Notes: generated by a model not told the origin, from the sequence alone. 53,924 nucleotides of DNA from an uncultured Bacillales bacterium (GCA_947168965.1 CAMVNW010000003.1:1-53924), one strand, 5' to 3'; positions 20,164 through 31,652 are shown, counted from the first letter of the stretch. A program made the numbers and translations.

Positions 20164-22068
20164 TTACCCCCTATAATCGTCTTCCATTGTAAATATAACA
20201 TTCTCGTTAATCCATTCTTTACGAGGCTCTACCTTATCACCCATTAAAACACGAACACGTTTCTCAGCCAAAACAGCATCAGTAATATTAACACGAATTA
20301 AACTACGTGTATTAGGATCCATAGTAGTTTCCCATAATTGAGTAGCGTCCATTTCACCAAGACCTTTATAACGTTGAATAGTATACTTACCACTAACCTC
20401 TTCTTTTAGCTTATTTAATTCCTCATCACTATAAGCATAAACATGTTTCTTACCATACTCTAACTTATATAAAGGTGGCAAAGCAATAAATAGCTTACCT
20501 TTCTCTATTAAACCTCTCATATAGTAATAAAAGAAAGTTAATAATAAAATTTGAATATGAGCTCCATCAACATCCGCATCGGTCATAATTATAACCTTAT
20601 CATAGTTTGATTCATCAACATTAAAATCACTACCAACACCAGCTCCAATAGTATGAATCATAGTGTTGATTTCTTCATTCTTAAGGATTTCTTCCATAGA
20701 AGCTTTAGCAGTATTAATAACTTTACCACGAAGAGGTAAAATAGCTTGGAACTTACGGTCTCTTCCACCCTTCGCACTACCTCCGGCAGAATCTCCTTCG
20801 ACTAAGAATAATTCATTCAACTTAGGATTCTTAGCTTGAGCAGGAGCAAGTTTACCAGATAAGTTTTTTTCAATCTTATTTTTATTCTTACCATTACGAG
20901 CTTCATCACGAGCTTTTCTAGCAGCCTCACGAACAGCTTTACTCTTAATCATTTTATCCATGATAACAGTTGCGATAGCCTTATTTTCTTCAAGAAAATA
21001 CTGCAATTTTTCTGAAATAACACTATCAACAGCAGTTCTAGCTTGAGGAGTACCTAACTTACCCTTAGTTTGACCCTCAAATTGTAATAAATTTTCAGGA
21101 ATTTGTAAATTTATAATAGCAGTCAAACCCTCACGAGTATCACTACCTTCTAAGTTCTTATCCTTAGCTTTAATATAACCATTGTTTTTAGCATAATCAT
21201 TAAAAACCTTAGTTAAAGCAGTTTTAAAACCAACTTCATGAGAACCACCATCATTAGTCTTAACATTATTAACAAATGATACAATATTTTCAGAATAAGT
21301 ATCAGTATATTGCATTGATACCTCAATATTAATATTATCACGACTACCCCTAAAATTAACAACATCATGAAGAGGTTTCTTATCATTATTTAAATAATCA
21401 ACAAAACTATCTAACCCTTTTTCATAATGAAATGTATCACTTCTACCATCTCTTAAGTCCTCAACAATTACAGTTAAATCATTTAATAAAAAGGCACATT
21501 CCTGCATTCTTTCAACAATTGTTGTATAAGAAAAATTAGTAACTGAAAAAATTAGAGGATCAGGCATAAATCTTACTTTAGTACCAGTTTTACTTGTTTT
21601 TTCCAAACGAGTTAAAGGAGTATTAACCTTTCCCCCATCCTTAAAACTAATATAATGTTCATATCCATCTTTTTTAATATAAACTTCCATCCATTTAGAA
21701 AGTGCATTAACAACACTGGCACCAACACCGTGTAATCCACCTGATACCTTATAGCCACCACTTTCAAATTTACCACCAGCATGTAAAACAGTATAAACAA
21801 CTTCAGGAGTAGACATTCCACTAGAATGCATACCAACAGGAACACCACGTCCCTCGTCCTCAACAGTTATACTTCCATCCTTATTAATAGAAATTTTAAT
21901 CTTTTTACCAAAACCATTTATTACCTCATCAATACTATTATCGACAATTTCCCATACTAAATGATGAAGGCCACGTTTGTCAGTAGAACCAATATACATA
22001 CCAGGTCTTTTTCTAACAGCCTCAAGTCCTTCCAATATCTTAATTGATTCCTCATTATATTTTGTCAT
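20164..22068 (-). CDS. parE: DNA topoisomerase IV subunit B
   Basis: GLEAVRKRPGMYIGST, EGDSAGGS, PLRGK, DADVDGAHIQILL, GDKVEPRKEWI. Confidence 0.95.
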   Translation of the reverse strand: MTKYNEESIKILEGLEAVRKRPGMYIGSTDKRGLHHLVWEIVDNSIDEVINGFGKKIKISINKDGSITVEDEGRGVPVGMHSSGMSTPEVVYTVLHAGGKFESGGYKVSGGLHGVGASVVNALSKWMEVYIKKDGYEHYISFKDGGKVNTPLTRLEKTSKTGTKVRFMPDPLIFSVTNFSYTTIVERMQECAFLLNDLTVIVEDLRDGRSDTFHYEKGLDSFVDYLNNDKKPLHDVVNFRGSRDNINIEVSMQYTDTYSENIVSFVNNVKTNDGGSHEVGFKTALTKVFNDYAKNNGYIKAKDKNLEGSDTREGLTAIINLQIPENLLQFEGQTKGKLGTPQARTAVDSVISEKLQYFLEENKAIATVIMDKMIKSKAVREAARKARDEARNGKNKNKIEKNLSGKLAPAQAKNPKLNELFLVEGDSAGGSAKGGRDRKFQAILPLRGKVINTAKASMEEILKNEEINTMIHTIGAGVGSDFNVDESNYDKVIIMTDADVDGAHIQILLLTFFYYYMRGLIEKGKLFIALPPLYKLEYGKKHVYAYSDEELNKLKEEVSGKYTIQRYKGLGEMDATQLWETTMDPNTRSLIRVNITDAVLAEKRVRVLMGDKVEPRKEWINENVIFTMEDDYRG

Positions 22069-22166
22069 ATCATCACCATATAAATATTAACATTTTTAAA
22101 AAAATAAAGCAAGAAAACTATATAATTTAAAAGAAAAAAAGTAGAAAAAATCTACTTAAAACGCAC

Positions 22167-22517
22167 TTATGAGCTAATATTTTTATTTAATAATATATAT
22201 TTCTTTTTATAATCACTTATAATACTAGAATTAATCTTACCAATTTTTTTTAAAATCTTTTTATCATCCAATTGATAAACAAAATCAATATTTTTAAAAT
22301 CATTAGAAATATAATATAAAAAATCAATTGGAATAGCCATATTATTATCCTCAATAATAACAAAAACATTACTACTTATGTCAGAAGAATTAAAATCACT
22401 TATAATAACAATATCACCTATCTTATACTCGTAATAATTATCTTCACTTACCATAAATAAAATATCATTATCCCTTTTTATCTTATCAAACATTACAATA
22501 TACTCTAAAAAACTCAT
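22167..22517 (-). CDS. Hypothetical protein, possibly degenerate PemK/MazF-like fold
   Basis: YKIGDIV...VFVII...KKIGKI pattern; weak. Confidence 0.45.
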   Translation of the reverse strand: MSFLEYIVMFDKIKRDNDILFMVSEDNYYEYKIGDIVIISDFNSSDISSNVFVIIEDNNMAIPIDFLYYISNDFKNIDFVYQLDDKKILKKIGKINSSIISDYKKKYILLNKNISS

Positions 22518-23038
22518 AAAACCTCCCTTAAAAAAACAAGTAATCTATAACCCCTCTTATCCGTACAAGTAATAAGTAACAATTCATTATCCCTATTATC
22601 AAAATACTTCATATCATATTCACTCGCAACAATAGAATCATAAACAATAAATTTTCTATTAATATCATTATTCTTAATAAATACATCATCACCAATAGAA
22701 AGATAATGTAATTTAGAAAAAACACTAGATATATTATGACCTGCAAGAATAATTAAATGTGAGCCATATAAACTATCAGACATCTCATGTAAACCTACAT
22801 ATCCATCATCTAAAATAGAACTATCAGTACCACTTTTAATAAGTCTTTTTATATCAAATCTAGGAATATAAATATATCCTAAATAATCACCATAATCTTC
22901 ATGATAATCAAATTGAAAAATATTATCAATTATTCTATTTTGAGCAATAATACTATATTGTTCAGTAAAACGAAAATAAAGTAAAATCAAAAAGCAAATA
23001 ATGACAATAAAAATACTAATTATTCTTACGTTTTTCAT
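22514..23038 (-). CDS. Sortase (class D-like)
   Basis: TM, IYIPRFDI, ILAGHN, LLLITC, YRL. Confidence 0.9.
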   Translation of the reverse strand: MKNVRIISIFIVIICFLILLYFRFTEQYSIIAQNRIIDNIFQFDYHEDYGDYLGYIYIPRFDIKRLIKSGTDSSILDDGYVGLHEMSDSLYGSHLIILAGHNISSVFSKLHYLSIGDDVFIKNNDINRKFIVYDSIVASEYDMKYFDNRDNELLLITCTDKRGYRLLVFLREVL

Positions 23039-24884
23039 TGATATAACCCAATGATAAAGTTAACAATCCAAAGCCTAAACCAACAGCAGAAAATTTTCTA
23101 GGAACAGCGTAAATATCACTAGTTAAAGGCATCTTTTGATTCAAAACATTAACCTCAATTAAATCATCATCATTATTAACAAATATCTCATAAATTCTAT
23201 CATTCAAATAATAACCATTAGGAGCACTAACCTCATAAAAATAGTACTTTCCATAAGGTAAATCACCAATACTAATAATTCCATTAGAATCAGTAATACC
23301 CTCGTAAATCAAATTATCAAAACTATCAAAAATCTTAAAACAAGCCCCCTGTAGTTTATTACCATCAGAATCAATTTTATTAATAACTAATCTACTTTTA
23401 ATCAATTGATTAACCATTGGTTCCTTTGTAACCATAATCTTAATATTATCATCACTAGTACTCTTAACACTAAATTCATAAATATTCGAATCCAATTTAT
23501 AGCCCGGAAGAGTTTCCAATTCCTTAATATAATATGTACCAAAAGGAATATTAAGCTTCTCGTTAATATATCCATCAGAATCAGTGACAAGTTCTCTAAT
23601 CAAAGTATCCTTATTAATTAATAAATCACCATCAACATCATAAATATCATTACTACTATAAAGGCCAAACTTAATATCAGATAAAGGAACATTAATATAA
23701 CTTCCGGTGTCAGAATCAATTTTTTCAAAAAACTCTCCATTTTTCTGTAAACTTATAAATATTTCTTGTCTTTCATTTTCTAAATCAACCATATAATTAT
23801 ATACCTCTTTCTTATCATTATTAAGATGAATATCAATAACACTATCATCTAATTTAAATCCATCATTTGCCTTCAATTCCTTTATATAATAATTACCATT
23901 TGGAAGAAGCATACTAGTAGCACCCCCATCAACAGTAACCATTTCCTCAATTAATTGGTCCTTATAATAAATCAATTCATTTTCATATATATCCTCTGAT
24001 GCATACAATCCAAATATTACTCCATCCAAACCTCTTTCATGATAGATAAAATTATTATCAGAATCAATTCCATCAAGCATTAAACCCTTTTTATCAATAT
24101 TAATCTTATTTCTAGGACTAAATACATCAATATAAACACTACTAAAAACATCATTTGCTCTCAAAAACATAAAATCTTGTGATTCACTATCACCATAAAA
24201 CACACTAGATAACTGATCATACTTATTACGAACCAAAGTAATCTCATCACTTCCTAGACTATCCAGAGAAATAATAAGCTTATTCCCATCAATATAAGCA
24301 GAATTATTACTAGAAATAACAGTATAATTAGATAACACATTATTAGTATCTTCAAGAACTATTTTATCAGAATAAACACCACTTACTAAGTTTCCATCAA
24401 AAGATGGTTTAACATAATAACTATTAACCAAACTCATAATTTTATTTTTTTCATAATCAACATTTACAATATTACCAGTACCATTTATTCCAGTAGTAAA
24501 ATAAATCTCATTATTACCAACAGACTCCCAAATAAGTTCCTGCGTTGCTAAAAAATACTTATCAGTTTGATGACCAGGATAATCATATCCAAAATATCCA
24601 ATCAAACTTATTAAATCAATAGTTTTTTGTTCAATACCAGATAAACTCAAATCACCTACTCCATAAAATTCATTAGTATAAATAGGAGTACCAGGCTCAA
24701 TACAATAAACTATTTTGCCATCCATAAAATACTTTTTCTGATTAGATGAAAAATAACCACCCGTACTCAAATTAAATTGACTACTGTAAACCCCATCAAT
24801 AGGAACCAAATCCAAATGAGAAGATGCATAAACACAAGTATTAAACATCAAAAACATAAAAATAAATAAAATAATTTTTTTCAT
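23016..24884 (-). CDS. Sortase-anchored adhesin: thioester domain plus SpaA repeats
   Basis: VYCIEPG...ATQELIW; three SpaA repeats; MPLTS + TM + KRK tail. Start revised to ATG 24884 after AAGGAG. Confidence 0.88.
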   Translation of the reverse strand: MKKIILFIFMFLMFNTCVYASSHLDLVPIDGVYSSQFNLSTGGYFSSNQKKYFMDGKIVYCIEPGTPIYTNEFYGVGDLSLSGIEQKTIDLISLIGYFGYDYPGHQTDKYFLATQELIWESVGNNEIYFTTGINGTGNIVNVDYEKNKIMSLVNSYYVKPSFDGNLVSGVYSDKIVLEDTNNVLSNYTVISSNNSAYIDGNKLIISLDSLGSDEITLVRNKYDQLSSVFYGDSESQDFMFLRANDVFSSVYIDVFSPRNKINIDKKGLMLDGIDSDNNFIYHERGLDGVIFGLYASEDIYENELIYYKDQLIEEMVTVDGGATSMLLPNGNYYIKELKANDGFKLDDSVIDIHLNNDKKEVYNYMVDLENERQEIFISLQKNGEFFEKIDSDTGSYINVPLSDIKFGLYSSNDIYDVDGDLLINKDTLIRELVTDSDGYINEKLNIPFGTYYIKELETLPGYKLDSNIYEFSVKSTSDDNIKIMVTKEPMVNQLIKSRLVINKIDSDGNKLQGACFKIFDSFDNLIYEGITDSNGIISIGDLPYGKYYFYEVSAPNGYYLNDRIYEIFVNNDDDLIEVNVLNQKMPLTSDIYAVPRKFSAVGLGFGLLTLSLGYINEKRKNN

Positions 24885-25056
24885 AAAAATCTCCTTTCGA
24901 AGACATAATAAAACATAAAAAAAAATAAAGCAAACGAGCATTTATTAATAATAAAACAGTATAAAAAACAAATAATAAAAAACATTAAAACAAAAATTAA
25001 AAATCTGAAAACAAAAACAAAATAAACATAAAAATTAATAAAAAAAAAGATAAATA

Positions 25057-26514
25057 CTATATAGTATCTATCTTCATTAAATTACTATCAACATATTTTC
25101 TAGAACTTTCATCAGATTCTACAAAACCTGCAGTAATTAAAATCTTATCTCCACTCTTTAATCCTAAACCTTCTTTTTCAGAAAATTCTAAAGCACATTT
25201 TTTAGCTTCTACAATGAATTTATCTATAGAAGAACTTCTTTCAGAAACCATAGAATATACACCATAATTAAGTCCGATTCTTCTACCTAATTTCTCTTCA
25301 TCACAAATAGCTAAAATAGGAGCATTAGGTTTTAAATTACTTAAAATTTGAGCAGTTTTACCTGTATGAGATTGAACAACAATTAGTTTAGCATCCATTA
25401 TATTAGCACAGTTTATAGCACCACTTGCTAATGCAACACAGTCAGCAGAATCATTTGTAGGTAATTCAAACTTACCACTAAAATCAGTATACTTTTCTGT
25501 TGTAGCACAAGTTCTAGCCATAGCAGCAACTGTTTCAATTGGATGTTTACCAATAGTAGTTTCACCAGATAACATTACAGCATCAGTTCCATCAAATACA
25601 GCATTAGCGATATCTGATACCTCAGCTCTCTTAGGTCTGTTATTTTCCATCATTGTTTCTAACATTTCAGTAGCAACAATAACAATTTTACCCATTTCAC
25701 GTGCAGTTCTAATAATATTCTTTTGAATAGCTGGAATTTCCTCAGGAGGTACTTCACTACCTAAGTCTCCACGTCCAATCATAATACCATCAGAATTTTC
25801 AAAAATCTCACGAATATTTGAAACACCAATAATACTTTCAACCTTACAAATGATTTTGAAATCTTCTCTACCATATTGTTTTAAAAGCTCTTTGATTTCT
25901 AATATATTTTCTTTATTAGAAACAAATGAAATAGCTAAATATTCTCCACCATGTTCACAAGAATACTTAATATCTTCCTTATCCTTTTCAGAAACATAAG
26001 GAATATCTAATGGTTTACCAGGAATAATACAACTCTTACGGCTACCTAAAAAACCACCTTGAGTAATACGACAAGTAACACCATCTTCTTCAACTGACTC
26101 AACTACAACTTTCATTTTAGCATTTTCAAGCCATACTTCATCACCAACTTCTAAAGTATTAATTACAGATGGATGATTAAAAGTAATACGTTCAGCATTA
26201 CCAATAACAGCTTCCTTAACCAAACGAATAGTATTTCCTACAACAAGTTGAGCTCCTTCAGTACCCTCACTATCAGCTTCCATTACACATCCACGAAGTT
26301 CAGGTCCCTTAGTATCCCATAAAATAGAAATATTCTTTCCTGTTCTTTTTCTTACTTCACGAACACAATTTTGAAATTGCATTTTTTCTTCATCAGTAGC
26401 ATGAGAGAAATTTAATCTCGCAATATTCATTCCTGCTTCAACCATTTTTTCCATAACATCAGGTTGATTACTAGCAGGACCAATACTACAAATAATCTTA
26501 GTCTTTTTTAACAT
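25057..26514 (-). CDS. pyk: Pyruvate kinase
   Basis: KTKIICSIGPAS, ARLNFSH, DTKGPE, GRGDLG, DAVMLSGET. Confidence 0.96.
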   Translation of the reverse strand: MLKKTKIICSIGPASNQPDVMEKMVEAGMNIARLNFSHATDEEKMQFQNCVREVRKRTGKNISILWDTKGPELRGCVMEADSEGTEGAQLVVGNTIRLVKEAVIGNAERITFNHPSVINTLEVGDEVWLENAKMKVVVESVEEDGVTCRITQGGFLGSRKSCIIPGKPLDIPYVSEKDKEDIKYSCEHGGEYLAISFVSNKENILEIKELLKQYGREDFKIICKVESIIGVSNIREIFENSDGIMIGRGDLGSEVPPEEIPAIQKNIIRTAREMGKIVIVATEMLETMMENNRPKRAEVSDIANAVFDGTDAVMLSGETTIGKHPIETVAAMARTCATTEKYTDFSGKFELPTNDSADCVALASGAINCANIMDAKLIVVQSHTGKTAQILSNLKPNAPILAICDEEKLGRRIGLNYGVYSMVSERSSSIDKFIVEAKKCALEFSEKEGLGLKSGDKILITAGFVESDESSRKYVDSNLMKIDTI

Positions 26515-26618
26515 AATTACACTCCTTTTCCAAACACAAGTAATTTTATCACATATCTGAATTCTTATCAAGAAAAAAAGAGAAAAACGATTATAAATTA
26601 ATCCATTTTACATAAATT

Positions 26619-27266
26619 TTAAATAAAAAAAAGTAAAATCATAAAAATTAAAACAATCCATGATAATTTAGAAATAGTAAATTTCTTATAATCTTTTGCC
26701 TTAACAGAAGGATCATAATCACCACTCTCTACTAACTTAACGCCAAATAATTTAAACCTTGATAAATCATTTTCACTAATTAAAATATACCCGGTACAAT
26801 CATCCAAATCAGTATATTTAAAATCAGGTAACTTCAAAAAAGAAATAAACATAGCTATATCACCAGCACAACCAGCAATATTAAAAAGAGAAAGGATTAC
26901 AAGAATTGGAATATTAAATAATAAACCAATTATAAGCGTAATAACACCTATGAAAACAAAAGGAAACATCAAAGAAATCATAATACATCTTTTATCAATT
27001 ATATCCTTACACATACAATAAAAAATACCCTTTTCCAAATTTGCTCCATAAACAATTTTCTTATGATCAACATTTTTTCTTAAAGAAAAACCGACACCAT
27101 GTAAAAATTCATGTAGAAACATCCAAAAAAAATATATTACCAAACACTTATAATCTATAAGTGAAGCATATCCCATTAAAGATAATATAACAAAAAAAAC
27201 TGCAAATATAACCAAGCTAGCTATATTAAGAAAAACCAAATTTAAAGAATATCTATAATACTTCAT
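26619..27266 (-). CDS. DUF3267-like membrane zinc metalloprotease
   Basis: LHEFLHG HExxH in TM context, NIAGCAGD. Confidence 0.75.
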   Translation of the reverse strand: MKYYRYSLNLVFLNIASLVIFAVFFVILSLMGYASLIDYKCLVIYFFWMFLHEFLHGVGFSLRKNVDHKKIVYGANLEKGIFYCMCKDIIDKRCIMISLMFPFVFIGVITLIIGLLFNIPILVILSLFNIAGCAGDIAMFISFLKLPDFKYTDLDDCTGYILISENDLSRFKLFGVKLVESGDYDPSVKAKDYKKFTISKLSWIVLIFMILLFFI

Positions 27267-27859
27267 AATATCGCTCCTATAAGTGCAACAAGAACACCAC
27301 ATATCAATGCATAATAACCCATTTTACTATTATTTTTAAAAACAATAGTATAAACAGAAACAATAAAATATAATATAAACCCTAAAACAAAAGTAAAAAC
27401 ATATCCAAATATCCAAGAACTAGGTAAACTAAATAATAAACCTAAAACCATTCCTATAAAAACACTTATCCAACTCTTACTTTTCGTAATATATAACCCT
27501 ATTAAAATATAATATAAAATATTAATTATTAAAAATAATATATTAAACTTACTAACAAACAATAAATAAGAATTAAACATTGTAAATCCAGCAATCGTTA
27601 AATTATCTGTTTCATCATATTTATAACCTATAATTTTCATCAAAGAAAAACCAATAACTATACCTAAAATAACATATATAAAAGTAGTATCATGATAATT
27701 ATAAGATAACATAGAATAGCTTCCAAAAAAAATATTAAAAATTCCATTTATTAAAAACAAACCAAAAATAGAATTAATAGAAACATTTCTAAGATCATAT
27801 TTATTACCTATATACATTCCTAAAAAAACAAACAAACAAGATAAAAAAACTAACAACAT
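27263..27859 (-). CDS. Multi-pass membrane protein
   Basis: Highly hydrophobic; ATG after GGGAGG RBS. Confidence 0.7.
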   Translation of the reverse strand: MLLVFLSCLFVFLGMYIGNKYDLRNVSINSIFGLFLINGIFNIFFGSYSMLSYNYHDTTFIYVILGIVIGFSLMKIIGYKYDETDNLTIAGFTMFNSYLLFVSKFNILFLIINILYYILIGLYITKSKSWISVFIGMVLGLLFSLPSSWIFGYVFTFVLGFILYFIVSVYTIVFKNNSKMGYYALICGVLVALIGAIL

Positions 27860-27948
27860 AATAAACCTCCCTATTTTCACTAATTATAATATTAATACAA
27901 AATAAAGTGTTTGTAAAGAAAATAAAAGAAAAAAGCACAAATTTGTGC

Positions 27949-29340
27949 TTATACTATCATTGATAAAATGATACATCCTATAATAGCTATTAAGAATACT
28001 TGTACAACAAATTTCCAAATATACTTTAACCATTCCTTATAAGAAACATTTAAAAAACTTAAACCATATACCAAAGTAATACTTACAGGTAATATAAACA
28101 TCATAATACCAAATATTGATTGGAATACACTAAGTATAAATGGCATCATATTTGCATTAAATAAAGATATAATTCCATATAAACCATTCATAAAATATAA
28201 ATAATCATTATAGAAAAAGCTTCCAATAATACCAGTAAAAGTTCCAGTAATAATATTAAAATCATTTGATAGGCCTAATATATAATTACTTATTGTCAAA
28301 CTGATATTTCCACTACTAGCTGTAACAACTTGAGAAAAAATCACAGAAGCAAAAATAACATATACACCTGGTATAAAAATAGAATGAACACCCTTCTTAA
28401 ATGAATCTATAAAATCATTAAATTTAATACTGTAAACCCAAGCAATTAGACAACTTCCTATAAAAAGAATAGCGCTCAAATCATAATTATTAAAGTATCC
28501 AATTTCAGATAAATTACCAAACAATCTACTAATAATATTTGTATTAAATAATTGAATACCTAATAATTTCTCATGAATATCATTAAATAAAGAAATATTA
28601 AATGCATAATACCAATTAAATAATCCTAATATAGATAATAAAAGCATCACAATTAAAATTATAATCAAAGGAACATTACTCTTCTTATTAGATTTAACAG
28701 TCTCAAATAAAGGTATTTCTTCATTTTTTACTTTCTTAGCTTCCTTATTCTTATTTAATATAAACATACTTAATAAGAATACTAAAATCAAAAACATTAT
28801 AATATTAAATAAAATAAATATTTTTGGTTCTAAGCCAAAATAATTCTTATAAATTGCCATATTACCACTTATAGAAGCAATAATACCGATAAGTCCACCA
28901 CCAACAGTAGAACTTAAAACAGACATTTTGTCATACCCTTGTTTCATTAATACAGCTACAAAAAATGGTAACAAAACAAATAAAAGCATTGTTTCACCAA
29001 AAATAGAAGTAATTAATCCAAAACAAATAATAGTTGCTACTAAAAATTTAGTCCTATTTTTTGAAGCAAACCATGAAACAATGTTTTGATAAACACCAGT
29101 TTTATTTAAAACACCATAAAATCCACCAATACAAAGTATTAACACAATATATTGAGCAAAAATTGCAAAAGCATAAATTGGTGATGTAAAAATTCCATAA
29201 ATACCAACAGGAACAACATCCCCTTTACTAAACTCCCCACCTGAAAAACTTCCAGTTGGAATAAACCATGTAAGTACAGCATATAACAAAAATGCAATAC
29301 CTATAACTTTTAACAAGCCATACTTTTTTTCTTTCTCCAT
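27949..29340 (-). CDS. YfcC/DcuC-family (C4-dicarboxylate/basic amino acid antiporter-like) membrane transporter, divergent
   Basis: LTWFIPTGSF, IGGFYGVLNKTG, C-terminal VSYKEWLKYIW. Confidence 0.72.
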   Translation of the reverse strand: MEKEKKYGLLKVIGIAFLLYAVLTWFIPTGSFSGGEFSKGDVVPVGIYGIFTSPIYAFAIFAQYIVLILCIGGFYGVLNKTGVYQNIVSWFASKNRTKFLVATIICFGLITSIFGETMLLFVLLPFFVAVLMKQGYDKMSVLSSTVGGGLIGIIASISGNMAIYKNYFGLEPKIFILFNIIMFLILVFLLSMFILNKNKEAKKVKNEEIPLFETVKSNKKSNVPLIIILIVMLLLSILGLFNWYYAFNISLFNDIHEKLLGIQLFNTNIISRLFGNLSEIGYFNNYDLSAILFIGSCLIAWVYSIKFNDFIDSFKKGVHSIFIPGVYVIFASVIFSQVVTASSGNISLTISNYILGLSNDFNIITGTFTGIIGSFFYNDYLYFMNGLYGIISLFNANMMPFILSVFQSIFGIMMFILPVSITLVYGLSFLNVSYKEWLKYIWKFVVQVFLIAIIGCIILSMIV

Positions 29341-29415
29341 ATTCTACCTCCTATTAAATTATACAACTAAAAAAAAAGAATTAAAATAATTTTTAATCCT
29401 TTTTAACAAATTTCA

Positions 29416-31587
29416 TTAGTTTTTTAATTTATTTGGTTCAATAAGTGATAAAGAAACCTTCTCCTTATCTAAATTAATATCAATAACATAACAATCAACT
29501 ATATCTCCAACACTCAAAACATCACTAGGATGCTTAATATACTTATCAGTAATACGAGAAATATGAACCAATCCATCATTATGTAATCCGATATCAATAA
29601 ATGCACCAAAATCAACAACATTTCTAACAGTACCTTGTAATTTCATACCATTAACTAAATCCTTAATATCCAAAACATCACTTTTTAAAATTGGTTGAGG
29701 CATCTCATCTCTTGGGTCACGATTAGGACTGATTAAAGACTTAATAATATCATCAAGAGTATATTTATCTATACCCAATTTATTAATCAAATTATCTCTA
29801 TCAATATTACTTAAAACATCACTAATATGACTTGTTCCAATATCTTTAATAGATAAACCTAACAAATCCAATAACTTCATAGTAGCATCATAACTTTCAG
29901 GGTGAATTCCTGTACTATCTAAAACATTATCACCCTCAAGTATTCTTAAGAAACCTATAGCTTGTTCATAAGCCTTATCACTTAATAACTTTTTCTTCTT
30001 AATCTCTTCACGAGAATTAATTCTACCATTACTCTCACGATAATCAATAATCTTTTCAATATTTTTCTTATTAATACCAGAAACATATTGTAATAAAGAA
30101 CTACTTGCAGTATTTACATTAACACCAACACTGTTAACAGCTTTCTCCACAACAAAATCCAAATTTTCTTTTAAAGCCTTTTCAGCAACATCATGTTGAT
30201 ATAAACCAACACCAATACCTTCTGGTGGAATCTTAACTAATTCAGATAAAGGATCCTGTAATCTTCTACCAATACTAACCGCACTACGTTTCTCAACCTC
30301 TAAATCTGGAAACTCCTCTATAGCTAACTTAGAAGCACTATATATACTAGCACCAGCCTCTGAAACAATAACATACTTACAAGATAAACCATATTCATGA
30401 ATCAAATCAGCACAAAACTTTTCACTTTCACGAGATGCAGTACCATTACCTATCGCAATAATATCAACATTATACTTCTTAATCAAACCAACAATTTTTT
30501 CTTTACAACTTTTTAAAGACTCACTACTAATACCCTTTAAAAAAGGCTTAATAACAGTAGAATCTAAATATTTCCCAGTCTTATCAACTAAAGCAATCTT
30601 ACAACCATTAACAAAACCAGGGTCAAATGCTAAAACAACACGTTCCTTCAAAGGAGGTTGTAATAACAAACTCTCTAAGTTCTTACTAAAATTATTAATA
30701 GCAGAAACATCAGCTTTTTCTTTTAAATCAGCCCTAATTTCTCTTTCAATAGAACCAGAAATTAATCTTTTATAACTATCAAGAATACTATTCTTAACTA
30801 TATCACAAACAAAACTCTTATCATTCTTAATAATTTTACCTTCCAAGAAACTAATTATCTCATCTACATTAACATCAATATTAACAGTAATTACTTTTTC
30901 TTTTTCAGCACGATTAATAGCTAAAACCCTATGAGGTTTAATCTCACTAACCTTTTCACTATAATTATAATACATCTCATATGTCTTAGAAATATCAGGA
31001 TTATCCTTTTTAACACGAGTAACAATTAAACCATTTCTATAAGTATAATTTCTTATCCATTTACGATAATAAGCATTGTCACTAATCCATTCAGCAATAA
31101 TATATCCAGCACCTTCTATAGCTTTATCAATAGACTCAACTTTATCACTAATATATTTACTTGCCATACTAGACAAATCACCATTAACAGGAAAAGACAT
31201 AATCATTTTAGCTAAAGGCTCTAAACCATTATTAATCGCATCAGTTGCCTTAGTCTTTTTCTTTTCCTTATAAGGACGATATAAATCCTCAACATCAACT
31301 AACTTATTACAAGCCATAATTTTATCTCGTAATTCATCAGTCATTAAACCCTTTTCATCAATTAATCTAATAACATCCTCTTTACGTTTCAATAAATTAA
31401 CTTGATAATCATATACCTCACTAATTTTACGAATCTCATCTTCTGTCATCGCACCAGTTGCTTCTTTTCTATATCTAGCAATAAAAGGAACTGTATTACC
31501 TTCCTCTAACATTTCTAAAACAATCTTAACATGTTTCTCACTCTTATTAATTTCTTTACTAATACTTTTTATAATATCATCATTCAT
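29416..31587 (-). CDS. tex: Tex-family RNA-binding transcriptional accessory protein
   Basis: TVPFIARYRKE, IGNGTASRE, SEAGASIYSAS, C-terminal S1 domain. Confidence 0.95.
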   Translation of the reverse strand: MNDDIIKSISKEINKSEKHVKIVLEMLEEGNTVPFIARYRKEATGAMTEDEIRKISEVYDYQVNLLKRKEDVIRLIDEKGLMTDELRDKIMACNKLVDVEDLYRPYKEKKKTKATDAINNGLEPLAKMIMSFPVNGDLSSMASKYISDKVESIDKAIEGAGYIIAEWISDNAYYRKWIRNYTYRNGLIVTRVKKDNPDISKTYEMYYNYSEKVSEIKPHRVLAINRAEKEKVITVNIDVNVDEIISFLEGKIIKNDKSFVCDIVKNSILDSYKRLISGSIEREIRADLKEKADVSAINNFSKNLESLLLQPPLKERVVLAFDPGFVNGCKIALVDKTGKYLDSTVIKPFLKGISSESLKSCKEKIVGLIKKYNVDIIAIGNGTASRESEKFCADLIHEYGLSCKYVIVSEAGASIYSASKLAIEEFPDLEVEKRSAVSIGRRLQDPLSELVKIPPEGIGVGLYQHDVAEKALKENLDFVVEKAVNSVGVNVNTASSSLLQYVSGINKKNIEKIIDYRESNGRINSREEIKKKKLLSDKAYEQAIGFLRILEGDNVLDSTGIHPESYDATMKLLDLLGLSIKDIGTSHISDVLSNIDRDNLINKLGIDKYTLDDIIKSLISPNRDPRDEMPQPILKSDVLDIKDLVNGMKLQGTVRNVVDFGAFIDIGLHNDGLVHISRITDKYIKHPSDVLSVGDIVDCYVIDINLDKEKVSLSLIEPNKLKN

Positions 31588-31652
31588 ACTATACCTCAAT
31601 TCTACATATAAAACTTTACCACAAAAAAAGAATACTAGTCAATAAAAAAGCT

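Noticed and set aside
17642-22068. gyrA/gyrB assignment
   Set aside because: Sequence features (DAMVRMSQ, AHIQILL, GDKVEPR, no GyrA-box seen) fit parC/parE
24900-25056. A-rich quasi-repetitive intergenic tract as CRISPR or repeat array
   Set aside because: No constant repeat-spacer periodicity; reflects strand compositional skew
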